In this document: positions 15,812-24,797 of the stretch, one piece after another
How positions within the stretch are numbered: the first letter of the stretch is position 1
How the letters are laid out: the number at the start of each line of letters is the position of its first letter
Origin: a virus
Lineage: Duplodnaviria; Caudoviricetes
Length of the DNA stretch: 28,334 nt
Direction: 5' to 3' (one strand)
Virus record (IMG/VR): IMGVR_UViG_3300017761_001206
Location: 1 to 28,334 of that record
Position numbers and translations under genes: made by a program
Notes under the pieces: generated by a model
What the model saw: the letters and a program-made list of their open reading frames with translations, nothing else
Database searches by the model: none
Told to the model about the DNA's origin: nothing

Positions 15812-16960
15812 ATGTCAGGTTTCCAAACCGAAGAAAGTTTCTGGTTAGAAATAGAATCAGAACAGGCTAAATTTAAAAGAAAGCCTAATAGAAAAATTAA
15901 AACAAGCGCCGGCGACAAAGTCTTTTATTACGGCGCTGATGCACAAGAACTTTATGATCTTTATGACAAGAGGTCTAGCAGCTACAGAGAACCTTTTAAA
16001 GGTCAATTAGTAGAAGCTGAACTTATTGATATCATTGGCGGCGATGCTATATTTGATATAGGCTACCGTGAACATGCATACATGGACCTTAAAAAGGAAT
16101 CTTCTGAGTTTAAAGATTTGTTTAAAGTAGGTACAGTCCTTTCCGTTAAGATCGGTGAGAATAAAACAAAAGATTTCATATCTGCTTCATTTACTGACAG
16201 TGTGAATGAAATGAAAACCAAAGAGCTTATTGATGCTATTGATAAGAATGTTGCTTATATGGCTAAAGTCGAAGAATTGATTTCAGCCGGTTACATTGTG
16301 GATATCGATGGTATTAAAGCATTCATGCCTGGATCTTTAGCAGGCCTAAATAAATTACATGACTTTACTGTTCTTCTTGGAAAAGAAATGCCGGTAGTGA
16401 TTGTTAATTATTCTAAAGAAAAAGGCACTGTAGTTGTTTCACATAGACAATATCTACATTCACTCATCCCTTCTGCAATCGAGAAGATAAAGGAGAATCC
16501 TGCACAAGTGCATACAGGTTTTGTTACAGGTACTACGAAGTATGGTGTATTCTGCGAGTTCAGCGATTGCTTAACAGGAATGATACACTTAAGTGATCTT
16601 ACCGAAGACTTGAAAACAAGACATGAAGCTGGTAAAATTAAAGCAGGTGACGCTCTTGAATTTTATATCAAAGAAATTATCACTAATTTCAAAATCATAC
16701 TTACGCAATCTTATAAAGAAAGCCCATGGGAAAAAGCCGAAGAGGTTTATAAACCGTCGAGCGTTGTTGTTGGTAAAATTACCAGCATCAAAGAATATGG
16801 CGCATTTGTAGAACTATCACCAGGTATTTCAGGACTTGTGCATGTAAGCGAGCTTAAAGGTAAGTTCAAAGAAGGTGATGCAATAGGAGTCAGAATCAAT
16901 AAATTTGATAAGGTAAATAAGAAAGTTTATCTAGGTTTAGCAACAGACCATACGAAATAA
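15812..16960 (+). CDS. rpsA: Phage-encoded ribosomal protein S1 (bS1) homologue with four S1 domains
   Basis: D1 FKGQLVEAELIDI...IFDIGYREHAYM; D2 GYIVDIDGIKAFMPGS...GTVVVSHRQYL; D3 GFVTGTTKYGVFCEF..LTGMIHLSDL ending SPWE; D4 GKITSIKEYGAFVELSPGISGLVHVSEL...KKVYLGL. The domain order matches RpsA D1-D4. Confidence 0.92.
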   Translation: MSGFQTEESFWLEIESEQAKFKRKPNRKIKTSAGDKVFYYGADAQELYDLYDKRSSSYREPFKGQLVEAELIDIIGGDAIFDIGYREHAYMDLKKESSEFKDLFKVGTVLSVKIGENKTKDFISASFTDSVNEMKTKELIDAIDKNVAYMAKVEELISAGYIVDIDGIKAFMPGSLAGLNKLHDFTVLLGKEMPVVIVNYSKEKGTVVVSHRQYLHSLIPSAIEKIKENPAQVHTGFVTGTTKYGVFCEFSDCLTGMIHLSDLTEDLKTRHEAGKIKAGDALEFYIKEIITNFKIILTQSYKESPWEKAEEVYKPSSVVVGKITSIKEYGAFVELSPGISGLVHVSELKGKFKEGDAIGVRINKFDKVNKKVYLGLATDHTK

Positions 16961-16963
16961 GTT

Positions 16964-16989
16964 AAGGGGCATCAAGCCCCTTTCTTTTT
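16964..16989 (+). terminator. Intrinsic (rho-independent) terminator after the S1 gene
   Basis: Hairpin AAGGGGC-ATCAA-GCCCCTT followed by TCTTTTT, 3 nt after the stop codon. Confidence 0.85.
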
Positions 16990-16992
16990 ATC

Positions 16993-17012
16993 TTAAATAT
17001 ATACTCAAAATA
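16993..17012 (+). promoter_or_regulatory. Putative late promoter; 20-bp exact repeat, copy 2
   Basis: TTAAATATATACTCAAAATA, identical to 4477-4496 and directly after the terminator, where transcription of the neck/baseplate operon must restart. Confidence 0.7.
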
Positions 17013-17023
17013 CTGGCTATACT

Positions 17024-18343
17024 ATGTTGTTAAATGAGCAGACACTTAATGTCTTAATGAACTCTAAGATTGGTTATGAATTTGAATTTTATTCAAATCA
17101 TAAAACTGAAGAGACTGCTGACATGCTTGCAAAATATCTTGGAAAAAAGATAAGTGTTTTTGACGAATCGCATAGTGATTTCAAGGTAACACCTGACCAT
17201 TATAAACTAGAAAAAGACTATTCAGGTGGTAAAAAGCTTATTGAGTTAGTAACAGCATCACTGCCATATCAGGAAGCCAGAATTACTTTGATTAAGGTAC
17301 TTAAGTGGATAAAAGAAAATGGCTACACTACAAATAGATGCGGTATTCATATAAACATATCTTTTAATGATGAAAAGATGGGTTCTAGTTTCTTGGTTAG
17401 ATTAAATAGACTTAAGTTTATATTAGACTTTAATGAAGATAAAATCTTTAAAGACTACCCTGATAGAAAAGATTCAGTTTACGCTAAGTCTATTAAATTT
17501 GTAGTTCCGGTTGATAAACTTAGCTATGACACGGCTAAAAATGTTAATGAAGCCGACTTTATCTTTCCTACTGAAAAGTATTATGGTGTAAACTTCTTAA
17601 AGCTTGAAAAGAACTATCTTGAATTTAGATATCTCGGTGGAGACGGTTATGAAAAGAAAACTGAAAAGCTTTTAGCTACACAGGATATGTTTATTGAGTC
17701 TCTTTATAAAGCTGCAGCAAATCCAGCATTTTCTATAGATGATAAGAAAAAGCTAAGCAAGATACTTGAAAAGCATCAGAATGCACTTGAAGCTTATAGA
17801 TCATTTGAAAAGCTTAAAGATAATTTTCCAAACATTGGTTTACTAGTAAACTTAGACACAGATGATAGAAATATCAAATCTTTCTGGTCAAAAATAAGAG
17901 ACCGGATATTTGATATACTTACTGAAGGTGGTATGACAGATGGCATAATTAACTATGACTCTAATACCGGTAAGATACAAATTAAAGATGCTGACCTTAG
18001 TAAGTCCTTCAAATTAGAAGAAGTTGATATAGTTAATTGCGATAAGGTTCGAGGAATCTTAAATAAATGTGACGTCTTTGGTTCTGAACTTATTGGAACT
18101 GAAATCTATGAATGTAATTTATTTGACGCATGTGAAGCAACTAATTGTAAAGTTAAAGATTCATATGTTAATAGAACTTCTACACTTATTGACTCGTATT
18201 TCTGTGGTAATAATGGTGTAATGAACGGAACAATGGTAAATGGTATATTCAGAGAAGGTAAGATTACAGATCTTTCTAAATTTGATGGTACTGAAATTGT
18301 TAAATATGAGAAAATAATTCCAGGTTTAAATGCCAAGTATTAA
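17024..18343 (+). CDS. Putative amidoligase (COOH-NH2 ligase, glutamine-synthetase-like fold) with C-terminal beta-helix-like repeats
   Basis: GYEFEF, KDYS, IELVT, CGIHINIS, KYYGVN and LEFRYLGG follow the Amidoligase_2-type motif order; the C-terminal ~120 aa have short Cys/Asn/Asp-rich repeats. Confidence 0.82.
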   Translation: MLLNEQTLNVLMNSKIGYEFEFYSNHKTEETADMLAKYLGKKISVFDESHSDFKVTPDHYKLEKDYSGGKKLIELVTASLPYQEARITLIKVLKWIKENGYTTNRCGIHINISFNDEKMGSSFLVRLNRLKFILDFNEDKIFKDYPDRKDSVYAKSIKFVVPVDKLSYDTAKNVNEADFIFPTEKYYGVNFLKLEKNYLEFRYLGGDGYEKKTEKLLATQDMFIESLYKAAANPAFSIDDKKKLSKILEKHQNALEAYRSFEKLKDNFPNIGLLVNLDTDDRNIKSFWSKIRDRIFDILTEGGMTDGIINYDSNTGKIQIKDADLSKSFKLEEVDIVNCDKVRGILNKCDVFGSELIGTEIYECNLFDACEATNCKVKDSYVNRTSTLIDSYFCGNNGVMNGTMVNGIFREGKITDLSKFDGTEIVKYEKIIPGLNAKY

Positions 18344-19145
18344 TGACGAATTAGCAGCAAGTGCCGGTAGATGCTTAGATCAACTTGTCAGTAATGTCAA
18401 TTCTGAATTGACTAGCGCTTGTATGATACCTATAACCATACCTAAAAAAGAAATGGTTCGTATCATAACTGAAGCTAAAAAATGGTTCTATAAGAACTAT
18501 GAAGATTCAGTACAGGAAAGTTATTACGTAGTACCGCGTTCAAGCTTTAACAGTGATCTGTTTAAAGCAAAAAGAGAAATACCTCTACCTGGTCCAAGAC
18601 CAGATGGAGCAGGCTCTATTATAAGTGTAAATGAGCTAACACAAGCTGGTGAATTTCTTCTCGGTTCAGGTAATAATGGCTTTAGCTTAGACGCAGACTT
18701 TACTCTTGATAAATTCATATTTGCAAATGCTTATGCTATGGGTGGAGGTACAACAGTACTTGGTGAAAACTTAATGTATTATGTAGCCAATGAAAATCTT
18801 TTCGACATGGCTAGACAAGTTCTTCAACCTAAAGTTTCATATAATTATAACAGATTAAATAGAACATTAAAGATACAAGGTGAAACACCTAAACGTAACT
18901 GTGTCTTAAATGTCTATGAATCTATATCAGACTGTGCTTTATATTCAGATGAGATTTTCCACAGATACATCGTGGCAAAATGTAAAACTCAACTGGGCAC
19001 AATGTTGATGACTTTTAGTTATCAGATGCCGGGTAACGTTACTCTTAATGCTGACATGATCAGAGATGCAGGTCAAGAAGAACTTGATGCATTGAAAGAA
19101 GAGATTAAAGGAGACGAAGGCGTAGATTATTTCCTAACAAGTTAA
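18330..19145 (+). CDS. Neck / head-tail connector protein (T4 gp13-like)
   Basis: IITEAKKWFYKNY, YNYNRLNRTL and C-terminal QMPGNVTLNADMIRDAGQEELDALKEEI match gp13-type motifs. Confidence 0.82.
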   Translation: MPSINDELAASAGRCLDQLVSNVNSELTSACMIPITIPKKEMVRIITEAKKWFYKNYEDSVQESYYVVPRSSFNSDLFKAKREIPLPGPRPDGAGSIISVNELTQAGEFLLGSGNNGFSLDADFTLDKFIFANAYAMGGGTTVLGENLMYYVANENLFDMARQVLQPKVSYNYNRLNRTLKIQGETPKRNCVLNVYESISDCALYSDEIFHRYIVAKCKTQLGTMLMTFSYQMPGNVTLNADMIRDAGQEELDALKEEIKGDEGVDYFLTS

Positions 19146-19148
19146 AAC

Positions 19149-19511
19149 ATGGCAGATATTTATACAAAGATAGAGGGTGACCCAGGGTTCGAAAGAAACA
19201 AAATCGAAACAACAGAAGAACTGGATTACTTACTTACTCAGATAGAGGTTATTTTGTTTACCAGATCAGGTGATGTGCTGGGTGATCCTGGCTTAGGTGC
19301 AGATCTGGATAGTTTGATATTTAGCACAAATCTTTCAGCATCCTCTATAGAGGCGGTTGTTATGAATCAGATAAACAACTACAGCCGATTACTGGCAAAT
19401 AAATATCTAGTAGATGCTAGATGTAATTTCTATAAACAGACAGACAGAGACGTCGGTGTTTTAGATATAACAATAAATGGCTCTGTAGCTGTAGGTTTAG
19501 TATTTGCATAA
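19149..19511 (+). CDS. Baseplate wedge / sheath initiator (T4 gp25 / P2 gpW-like)
   Basis: ILFTRSGDVLGDPGLGADLDSLIF signature; 120 aa; precedes the gp6-like gene. Confidence 0.85.
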   Translation: MADIYTKIEGDPGFERNKIETTEELDYLLTQIEVILFTRSGDVLGDPGLGADLDSLIFSTNLSASSIEAVVMNQINNYSRLLANKYLVDARCNFYKQTDRDVGVLDITINGSVAVGLVFA

Positions 19512-19524
19512 ATAAAATTTAAGA

Positions 19525-21354
19525 ATGGCAACTATAAAAAATAATTTTAAGTTTCTAAATAAGACTAGAGTTTTAGGTCAACAAATATATGATGACTCTA
19601 TAACTTATCTTACTTCAGCATACCAAAACTCTTTAAAAGTTTTTACTAATGCTTCACCATTTGGTCAGTTACTTAGGGTTATGAGTGAGATCGGTGAACT
19701 TATCATGTACTACATCACCGATGCTACGACTGAAAACAATATACTTACTGCTAACAGCCTAGAGTCAATTTATGGTTTAGCTGCACTTACAGGTCATAAT
19801 CCTACAAGGCCAATAAGTGCAATGGGTGAAGTTAGATTTAAGTTTAGGCCTGGTAAACAATCTGAATTTCCAGGTCCTTATATTTTGGTAGCAAATAAAA
19901 CAATTCTTAAGTGCAAGTCAAATGGTATTAAGTATACTATGACTTTCACCGGTGATTATATCAGAGCTGAGAAAAACAACGTTGATTTTACATACTGCGC
20001 TATTGTACAGGGTACATTTGAGTCGCAGAGAGTTATAGGAACAGGCCTTTCAATGCAATCTTTCAACATCAATACACCAGGCTTTGTAGATAACAATAAT
20101 GTAAAAGTTTATGTTAACAGTGAACTCTGGGAAATATATGACTCTTTGTATGATATGAATACAAATACAAAGGGTGTTATTGTTAGAACAGGTCTAGCAG
20201 GTGGTTTAGATATATTCTTCGGTAATGGATTTTTTGGCGTCGCTCCACCGCAAGGTGCATTTATCGATGTTGATTATTTAGCAACGGCAGGTAGCGGCGG
20301 TAACATTAGTTCCAGTTCTGAACCTGTTTCATTTACATTTGAAGACCAGGGACGAGATGTTAACGGTGAAGAGGTTGATCTTAATGACTTTCTACTTATT
20401 GAAACTTCAAAGAATCCTACGTTGGGTTCTGATGAAGAAAGCCCGTTCTTTACAAAACTTATAGCGCCTCTTGCAAGCAAATCATTCGTACTGGCAAATC
20501 CAGAAAACTATGAGTACTTCTTAACTAAGTTTAATTACTTCTCTTATATAGATGCATTTAATGAGACAGATGACGATTATCTAGACGATGATAATATCAT
20601 TTACCTGTATTTGATACCGGATATATCAAGAAAGGTTACAACTGACAGTGATTATTTCACAGTCGATCTAGATGAATTTAAGCTGACGGTTGATGAGAAG
20701 AAAATGATAGTAGCCGTAATCAATGAAAGTGGTAGACAAATGACAAGTACTGAACTTCAATTTGTAGATCCTGAAATTAAAAGATATGCAATCAACATTG
20801 TTTTAAGAACAGTTGAAGGTTATGACCTAGGTGTTATACAAAATGAAATAAGAACTAAGCTTAATGATTACTTTATAAATGTTAAGCGTAGGGATAAAGT
20901 ACCGAAGAGTGATCTTATTGCTATAATTGAGGCTATAAAAGGTGTGGATTCTGTTAGTGTATTTTTCGTATCTGAGCAAAATGAAACAGCTATCAGAAAT
21001 GGATATTACATTAAGAAGACTTATAAAGTTTCACCTACTATACCTTACCTCCAAAGAGGTGAAGGTAATAAAAAGAGATATGTGTTCTTTAATAAAGAAT
21101 TGATTGAAACAAAGATACCTATTGCAACAGGCGAAGATCCTAATCTGGGTCTAGATGAATTTGGTGATATTACTATAGGTCTAAGAGATCTTGCGGTAAT
21201 CAGAGGTGGTTGGATTGACAGAGATGGTGTTTACTATGAACCAACTCCTGTTGAAGGTAGAGCATCATCATTGAGCATCTACTTTAAAGGAACAGTTCCT
21301 GATAGTATAAACATAGGTAAACTTGAAGCAGCTAAAAAAGATATTAAGATTTAA
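19525..21354 (+). CDS. Baseplate wedge protein (T4 gp6 / P2 gpJ-like)
   Basis: ILTANSLESIYGLAALTGHNPTRPISA, IVQGT, IFFGNGFFGVAP, YLATAGSGGN, IEAIKGVDSV. Confidence 0.88.
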   Translation: MATIKNNFKFLNKTRVLGQQIYDDSITYLTSAYQNSLKVFTNASPFGQLLRVMSEIGELIMYYITDATTENNILTANSLESIYGLAALTGHNPTRPISAMGEVRFKFRPGKQSEFPGPYILVANKTILKCKSNGIKYTMTFTGDYIRAEKNNVDFTYCAIVQGTFESQRVIGTGLSMQSFNINTPGFVDNNNVKVYVNSELWEIYDSLYDMNTNTKGVIVRTGLAGGLDIFFGNGFFGVAPPQGAFIDVDYLATAGSGGNISSSSEPVSFTFEDQGRDVNGEEVDLNDFLLIETSKNPTLGSDEESPFFTKLIAPLASKSFVLANPENYEYFLTKFNYFSYIDAFNETDDDYLDDDNIIYLYLIPDISRKVTTDSDYFTVDLDEFKLTVDEKKMIVAVINESGRQMTSTELQFVDPEIKRYAINIVLRTVEGYDLGVIQNEIRTKLNDYFINVKRRDKVPKSDLIAIIEAIKGVDSVSVFFVSEQNETAIRNGYYIKKTYKVSPTIPYLQRGEGNKKRYVFFNKELIETKIPIATGEDPNLGLDEFGDITIGLRDLAVIRGGWIDRDGVYYEPTPVEGRASSLSIYFKGTVPDSINIGKLEAAKKDIKI

Positions 21355-21356
21355 TT

Positions 21357-21638
21357 ATGGCTTGGAATGATTCAGCAATAGAAGGTAGATATGGCTACAA
21401 AAAGACCAGTCTTTATTCACTAGCAAGGACTGCAGGTGAACAAAGGATTAACACTGCTTATGATTATAAAAATACAGTTGTATCAAATAGCGTGTCTAAA
21501 CATTTATTAAGAGTCCCTATCGTATATTACTTTACAGTTTATGTAAATGATTACTTTGTTAACCTAATAAATACTACAAAGATAGTTAGAATTTTCAGAG
21601 TATTTAGCGTAAATAAAGATTATCAATACATTAACTAA
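21357..21638 (+). CDS. Small hypothetical structural-operon protein (93 aa)
   Basis: Fills the gap between the gp6-like and gp7-like genes and is TAATG-coupled to the latter. Confidence 0.65.
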   Translation: MAWNDSAIEGRYGYKKTSLYSLARTAGEQRINTAYDYKNTVVSNSVSKHLLRVPIVYYFTVYVNDYFVNLINTTKIVRIFRVFSVNKDYQYIN

Positions 21639-24600
21639 TGCCAGTAATAACTACCGATTTCAAATACTTAGGTTTTTTTGACAAGAACGGAACAGACCTT
21701 AATTTCAATTATGATGAGGTTCTCGGTGTATGGGTGGGTAGTGTTAACATACCTGAAGTCTCAACTAGTTTATATGAAACTGCGACGGTTGTTATATTAG
21801 AAGAATTTTTAACAACAGGTGGTATTACTAAATGGGGTGTACCTCACTACAGTGATCCTAACGCAACTTTTCAGGCAACAGGTTCATATGATGGTTCAAC
21901 ATGGAGAGCATACTGGGAAGATGAGACAGATGAGAATGATAAGTTTATTCTTTTCACATTTAATTTATCACAAAGTAAGCCAAAGCTTAATGTTGTAGAC
22001 ACGGCTATTGTAGATGTTGATATAGATCCTAACCAATCTTATACAAGTTATGGTCAGATAATTACCAATGACATTACCAGTCAAGGTATACAATTTAATA
22101 TAGGTATAGTCTCTGAAGTTGAAGGTGTATTTGAAAGATATCTTATAATAGAAGAAGATGGTACTGATAAGATGATTGCTAGAATCAAATTCTACGGCGA
22201 GGTTGTTGGTGAAGATGAGCGTCTTACTGTACTTATCCAGAACCTTGGTTATAGTATCTTTGAAGAAGATTCACCTATTTTCAGAAGCGCTGATATCAAT
22301 GAAACATTGCCAGACTTTATTCTCTTGAATGAGAAGAGAAAGGAAATGTTGTTAGAAGGTAAAAACATTCAACCATTTATAGGTTCATATAAAGGTGTTA
22401 TCAATGCTATAAAGTTCTTTGGTTATAATAACGTTAAGCTAAGGGAGTACTGGCTTAATATCGATAGTACTTCACCCAACTATGGTAAGTATAAGACGAC
22501 AACTGTAATAGACGTATTTGATGAAACAGTCAATGTAAATGATCCCAGTACATATGTACCTAATAAGATTTATAAGAAGACTGCCCTGTTCTCACTTGTG
22601 TACAGGATTAACCAGGTTACAAATGAGCTGGATCAATATGATATACCCGTCGTAACTGAAACTGACGACTTCACTCTTGAAGAGGCTCTGATTAAATTAT
22701 ATGGCCTTAAAGAAATTTTAAGAAAAAGGTTCTTACCTTCAAGTTCTAGAATTATAGACATAATAGGTGAAGCTGATTATTTCGGTAAAACCGTAACTTC
22801 AGCATGGAATGACCAACAGAGAATTGACTATTTGAATATAGGAATTGATACTGTATTTGAAGTTACACCTCGTTTTGGTTACATCCAAGACTTAAGACCT
22901 CTTAACTCTTTATTTGATCCTGAATATACACCATTCTTTTTAGATAGATTTGTAACACTACAGGATCTAGATACAAAGGTATTAGGTGATATAGGACCTG
23001 TGCTTCTGGCTTATTTCCAGGACTATGGACCTAATCTTAATACTATAGCTGAACTGCCAGATAAGCCTGGTATACCTGTTGGTTTTCCGGTTGTCTTAGA
23101 GAATAAAAGCTTTACTAAAACATGGATAGACGCACAGGTACAATGGGATGAACTTTGGGCAAACGGCGTTCTGATAATGGATTTCGTTGCCAGCAATATT
23201 GGTTCAGGCGATATCTTTATTGTAAAAGATGTACAGAGCGGTAATCAGATATCATATACCGCATCATTTGGTGATACACCCTCGATTGTCGCTGCAGGTT
23301 TGCTTGCAGCATTTAACACGGCTTATAATATAGGTGATGGTAAGCCATGGACTTATTTTGAAGGAACTGTTGTAGATAAAGATAATGACTCTAACTTTGA
23401 GACATTCAGGTTAAGACAGGTTATAGCAGGTAACTACGGTATAGAAATTAAACCATTCACCGTAGACAATGGTGCATTTGGTAATAACCCTAAACTGTCA
23501 CAGTCATATGCATCAGGTAACACGCTTCTCAGCTGGGATACGTTTGGTCAAGGTAATTTCTATGAATTAGAATGGAAAGTATTTAAAGGCAAGACTGATG
23601 AATCACCAGCATATGAATTTATAGTAAGAGGTGATATTGCGACATATAACACTATAGCAATAAACCTGCCGTATGTTGGTTTTTATAATGTAGAGCTTAG
23701 ACTGTTTGATACATTCAACAATTTATCTTCTAAGATTTATAAAGACTATGTTGAAGTTCTATCTAGAGAAGTAGAATATGTAGGTTTCTATAAGTTTAGA
23801 GAGCCGGAATATACTTGGAATAGTTTATTAAACATGAAGAGTAAATTCCCACCACCTTTCGCTACGGCAATTGGCCAGTCTCCGGTAGTTTACTATCCGT
23901 ATTTTATATGGGATGAATATGGTTCTAGCTGGGATTTACCTATAGCACCAAGTTCTACTTATTTCCAGGGTGAAGCAAGTTTATATGAATCACTTGACAG
24001 GGCTAATTACATTCTGAATAATAGCAACCCTGACCAGTCTTTATGTTATCACTACACCAATCCTGAAGTAGACGTTTATAAAGATCTGTATACACCTGGT
24101 CCTTATTTTTGGAATAATTTAGGTGCAGGAAACTGGGATGAATCTTATCACTTGTGGTGGCAGTCATGTAAAGTAAGCGGTGACACACCTGCTAACTTTA
24201 GAATTTATTCTGTAACTCAGAGTAAGTCTATGACTATGCAACAGTCATACCCTTATCCTTATACTAGTACATTCTTATTTACAACTAATAATCTAGCAAC
24301 AGCTGCTGATGATCTTAATTCAACTATAGACCCTGTATTTAGTAAATTCATTTATAATAAAGTATATGATCTAGACTCAGGTGGTAACCTTGTTCTACAA
24401 TTTGTACAAGCTGTTGCTAAATATACAGGTATAAATGGAGACTGGGTTGATTTTACATGGCAAGAACCGGATATCGACATAAGATATGAACAGCTTACAG
24501 AAGTAAATAATCCAACCTACAATGACACTAGATTCTTATCAGATGGTATAAAACTACCTAAGTTAGCGCATCTAACATTTAGCTATGATATGTCAAAGAT

Positions 24601-24790
24601 ACCTGGTAAAGATCTTCCTATATGGCAACTTACGAATCTTGACAGCCCTGACACCGATGATATATACTTTACTGGACGCTGGTTCACTTATCTCTTTAAG
24701 AGATCAGGTAGATATGAACTTAGTTTACAGCTTCAAGATACCAACGGTAACAAAAACAAGAAGACTAAAAACGTACTAATAATAAAATAA
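21638..24790 (+). CDS. Large baseplate wedge protein (gp7/gpI-like core plus Ig/PKD-like domains), 1050 aa
   Basis: IGSYKGVINAIKFFGY resembles the gpI/gp7 core; PKD-like strands GFYNVELRLFDTFNN and GRYELSLQLQDTNGN; many W-D/W-N motifs; follows the gp6-like gene. Confidence 0.6.
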   Translation: MPVITTDFKYLGFFDKNGTDLNFNYDEVLGVWVGSVNIPEVSTSLYETATVVILEEFLTTGGITKWGVPHYSDPNATFQATGSYDGSTWRAYWEDETDENDKFILFTFNLSQSKPKLNVVDTAIVDVDIDPNQSYTSYGQIITNDITSQGIQFNIGIVSEVEGVFERYLIIEEDGTDKMIARIKFYGEVVGEDERLTVLIQNLGYSIFEEDSPIFRSADINETLPDFILLNEKRKEMLLEGKNIQPFIGSYKGVINAIKFFGYNNVKLREYWLNIDSTSPNYGKYKTTTVIDVFDETVNVNDPSTYVPNKIYKKTALFSLVYRINQVTNELDQYDIPVVTETDDFTLEEALIKLYGLKEILRKRFLPSSSRIIDIIGEADYFGKTVTSAWNDQQRIDYLNIGIDTVFEVTPRFGYIQDLRPLNSLFDPEYTPFFLDRFVTLQDLDTKVLGDIGPVLLAYFQDYGPNLNTIAELPDKPGIPVGFPVVLENKSFTKTWIDAQVQWDELWANGVLIMDFVASNIGSGDIFIVKDVQSGNQISYTASFGDTPSIVAAGLLAAFNTAYNIGDGKPWTYFEGTVVDKDNDSNFETFRLRQVIAGNYGIEIKPFTVDNGAFGNNPKLSQSYASGNTLLSWDTFGQGNFYELEWKVFKGKTDESPAYEFIVRGDIATYNTIAINLPYVGFYNVELRLFDTFNNLSSKIYKDYVEVLSREVEYVGFYKFREPEYTWNSLLNMKSKFPPPFATAIGQSPVVYYPYFIWDEYGSSWDLPIAPSSTYFQGEASLYESLDRANYILNNSNPDQSLCYHYTNPEVDVYKDLYTPGPYFWNNLGAGNWDESYHLWWQSCKVSGDTPANFRIYSVTQSKSMTMQQSYPYPYTSTFLFTTNNLATAADDLNSTIDPVFSKFIYNKVYDLDSGGNLVLQFVQAVAKYTGINGDWVDFTWQEPDIDIRYEQLTEVNNPTYNDTRFLSDGIKLPKLAHLTFSYDMSKIPGKDLPIWQLTNLDSPDTDDIYFTGRWFTYLFKRSGRYELSLQLQDTNGNKNKKTKNVLIIK

Positions 24791-24797
24791 AACCAAA

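Noticed and set aside
16623-16811. 62-aa + strand alternative-frame ORF inside the S1 gene (likewise 24585-24779 inside the 1050-aa gene)
   Set aside because: Fully nested in a well-supported gene, with no independent initiation signal or motif.
15812-16960. Host rpsA from a chimeric assembly
   Set aside because: No cmk/ihfB or other bacterial neighbours, composition matches the flanks, the sequence is divergent, and phage-type promoter boxes lie on both sides.
9329-21354. Bacterial extracellular contractile injection system, tailocin or T6SS locus
   Set aside because: The gp13-like neck gene, T4-type ligase, dCMP deaminase, capsid-targeting-like peptides and uniform phage-like gene packing indicate a phage genome.
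24659-24667. Intragenic GATATATAC (also CATATATAC at 13180-13188) as internal late promoters
   Set aside because: Both lie in coding sequence 100-130 nt before the next start and could be chance matches in AT-rich DNA; not supportable without start-site data.
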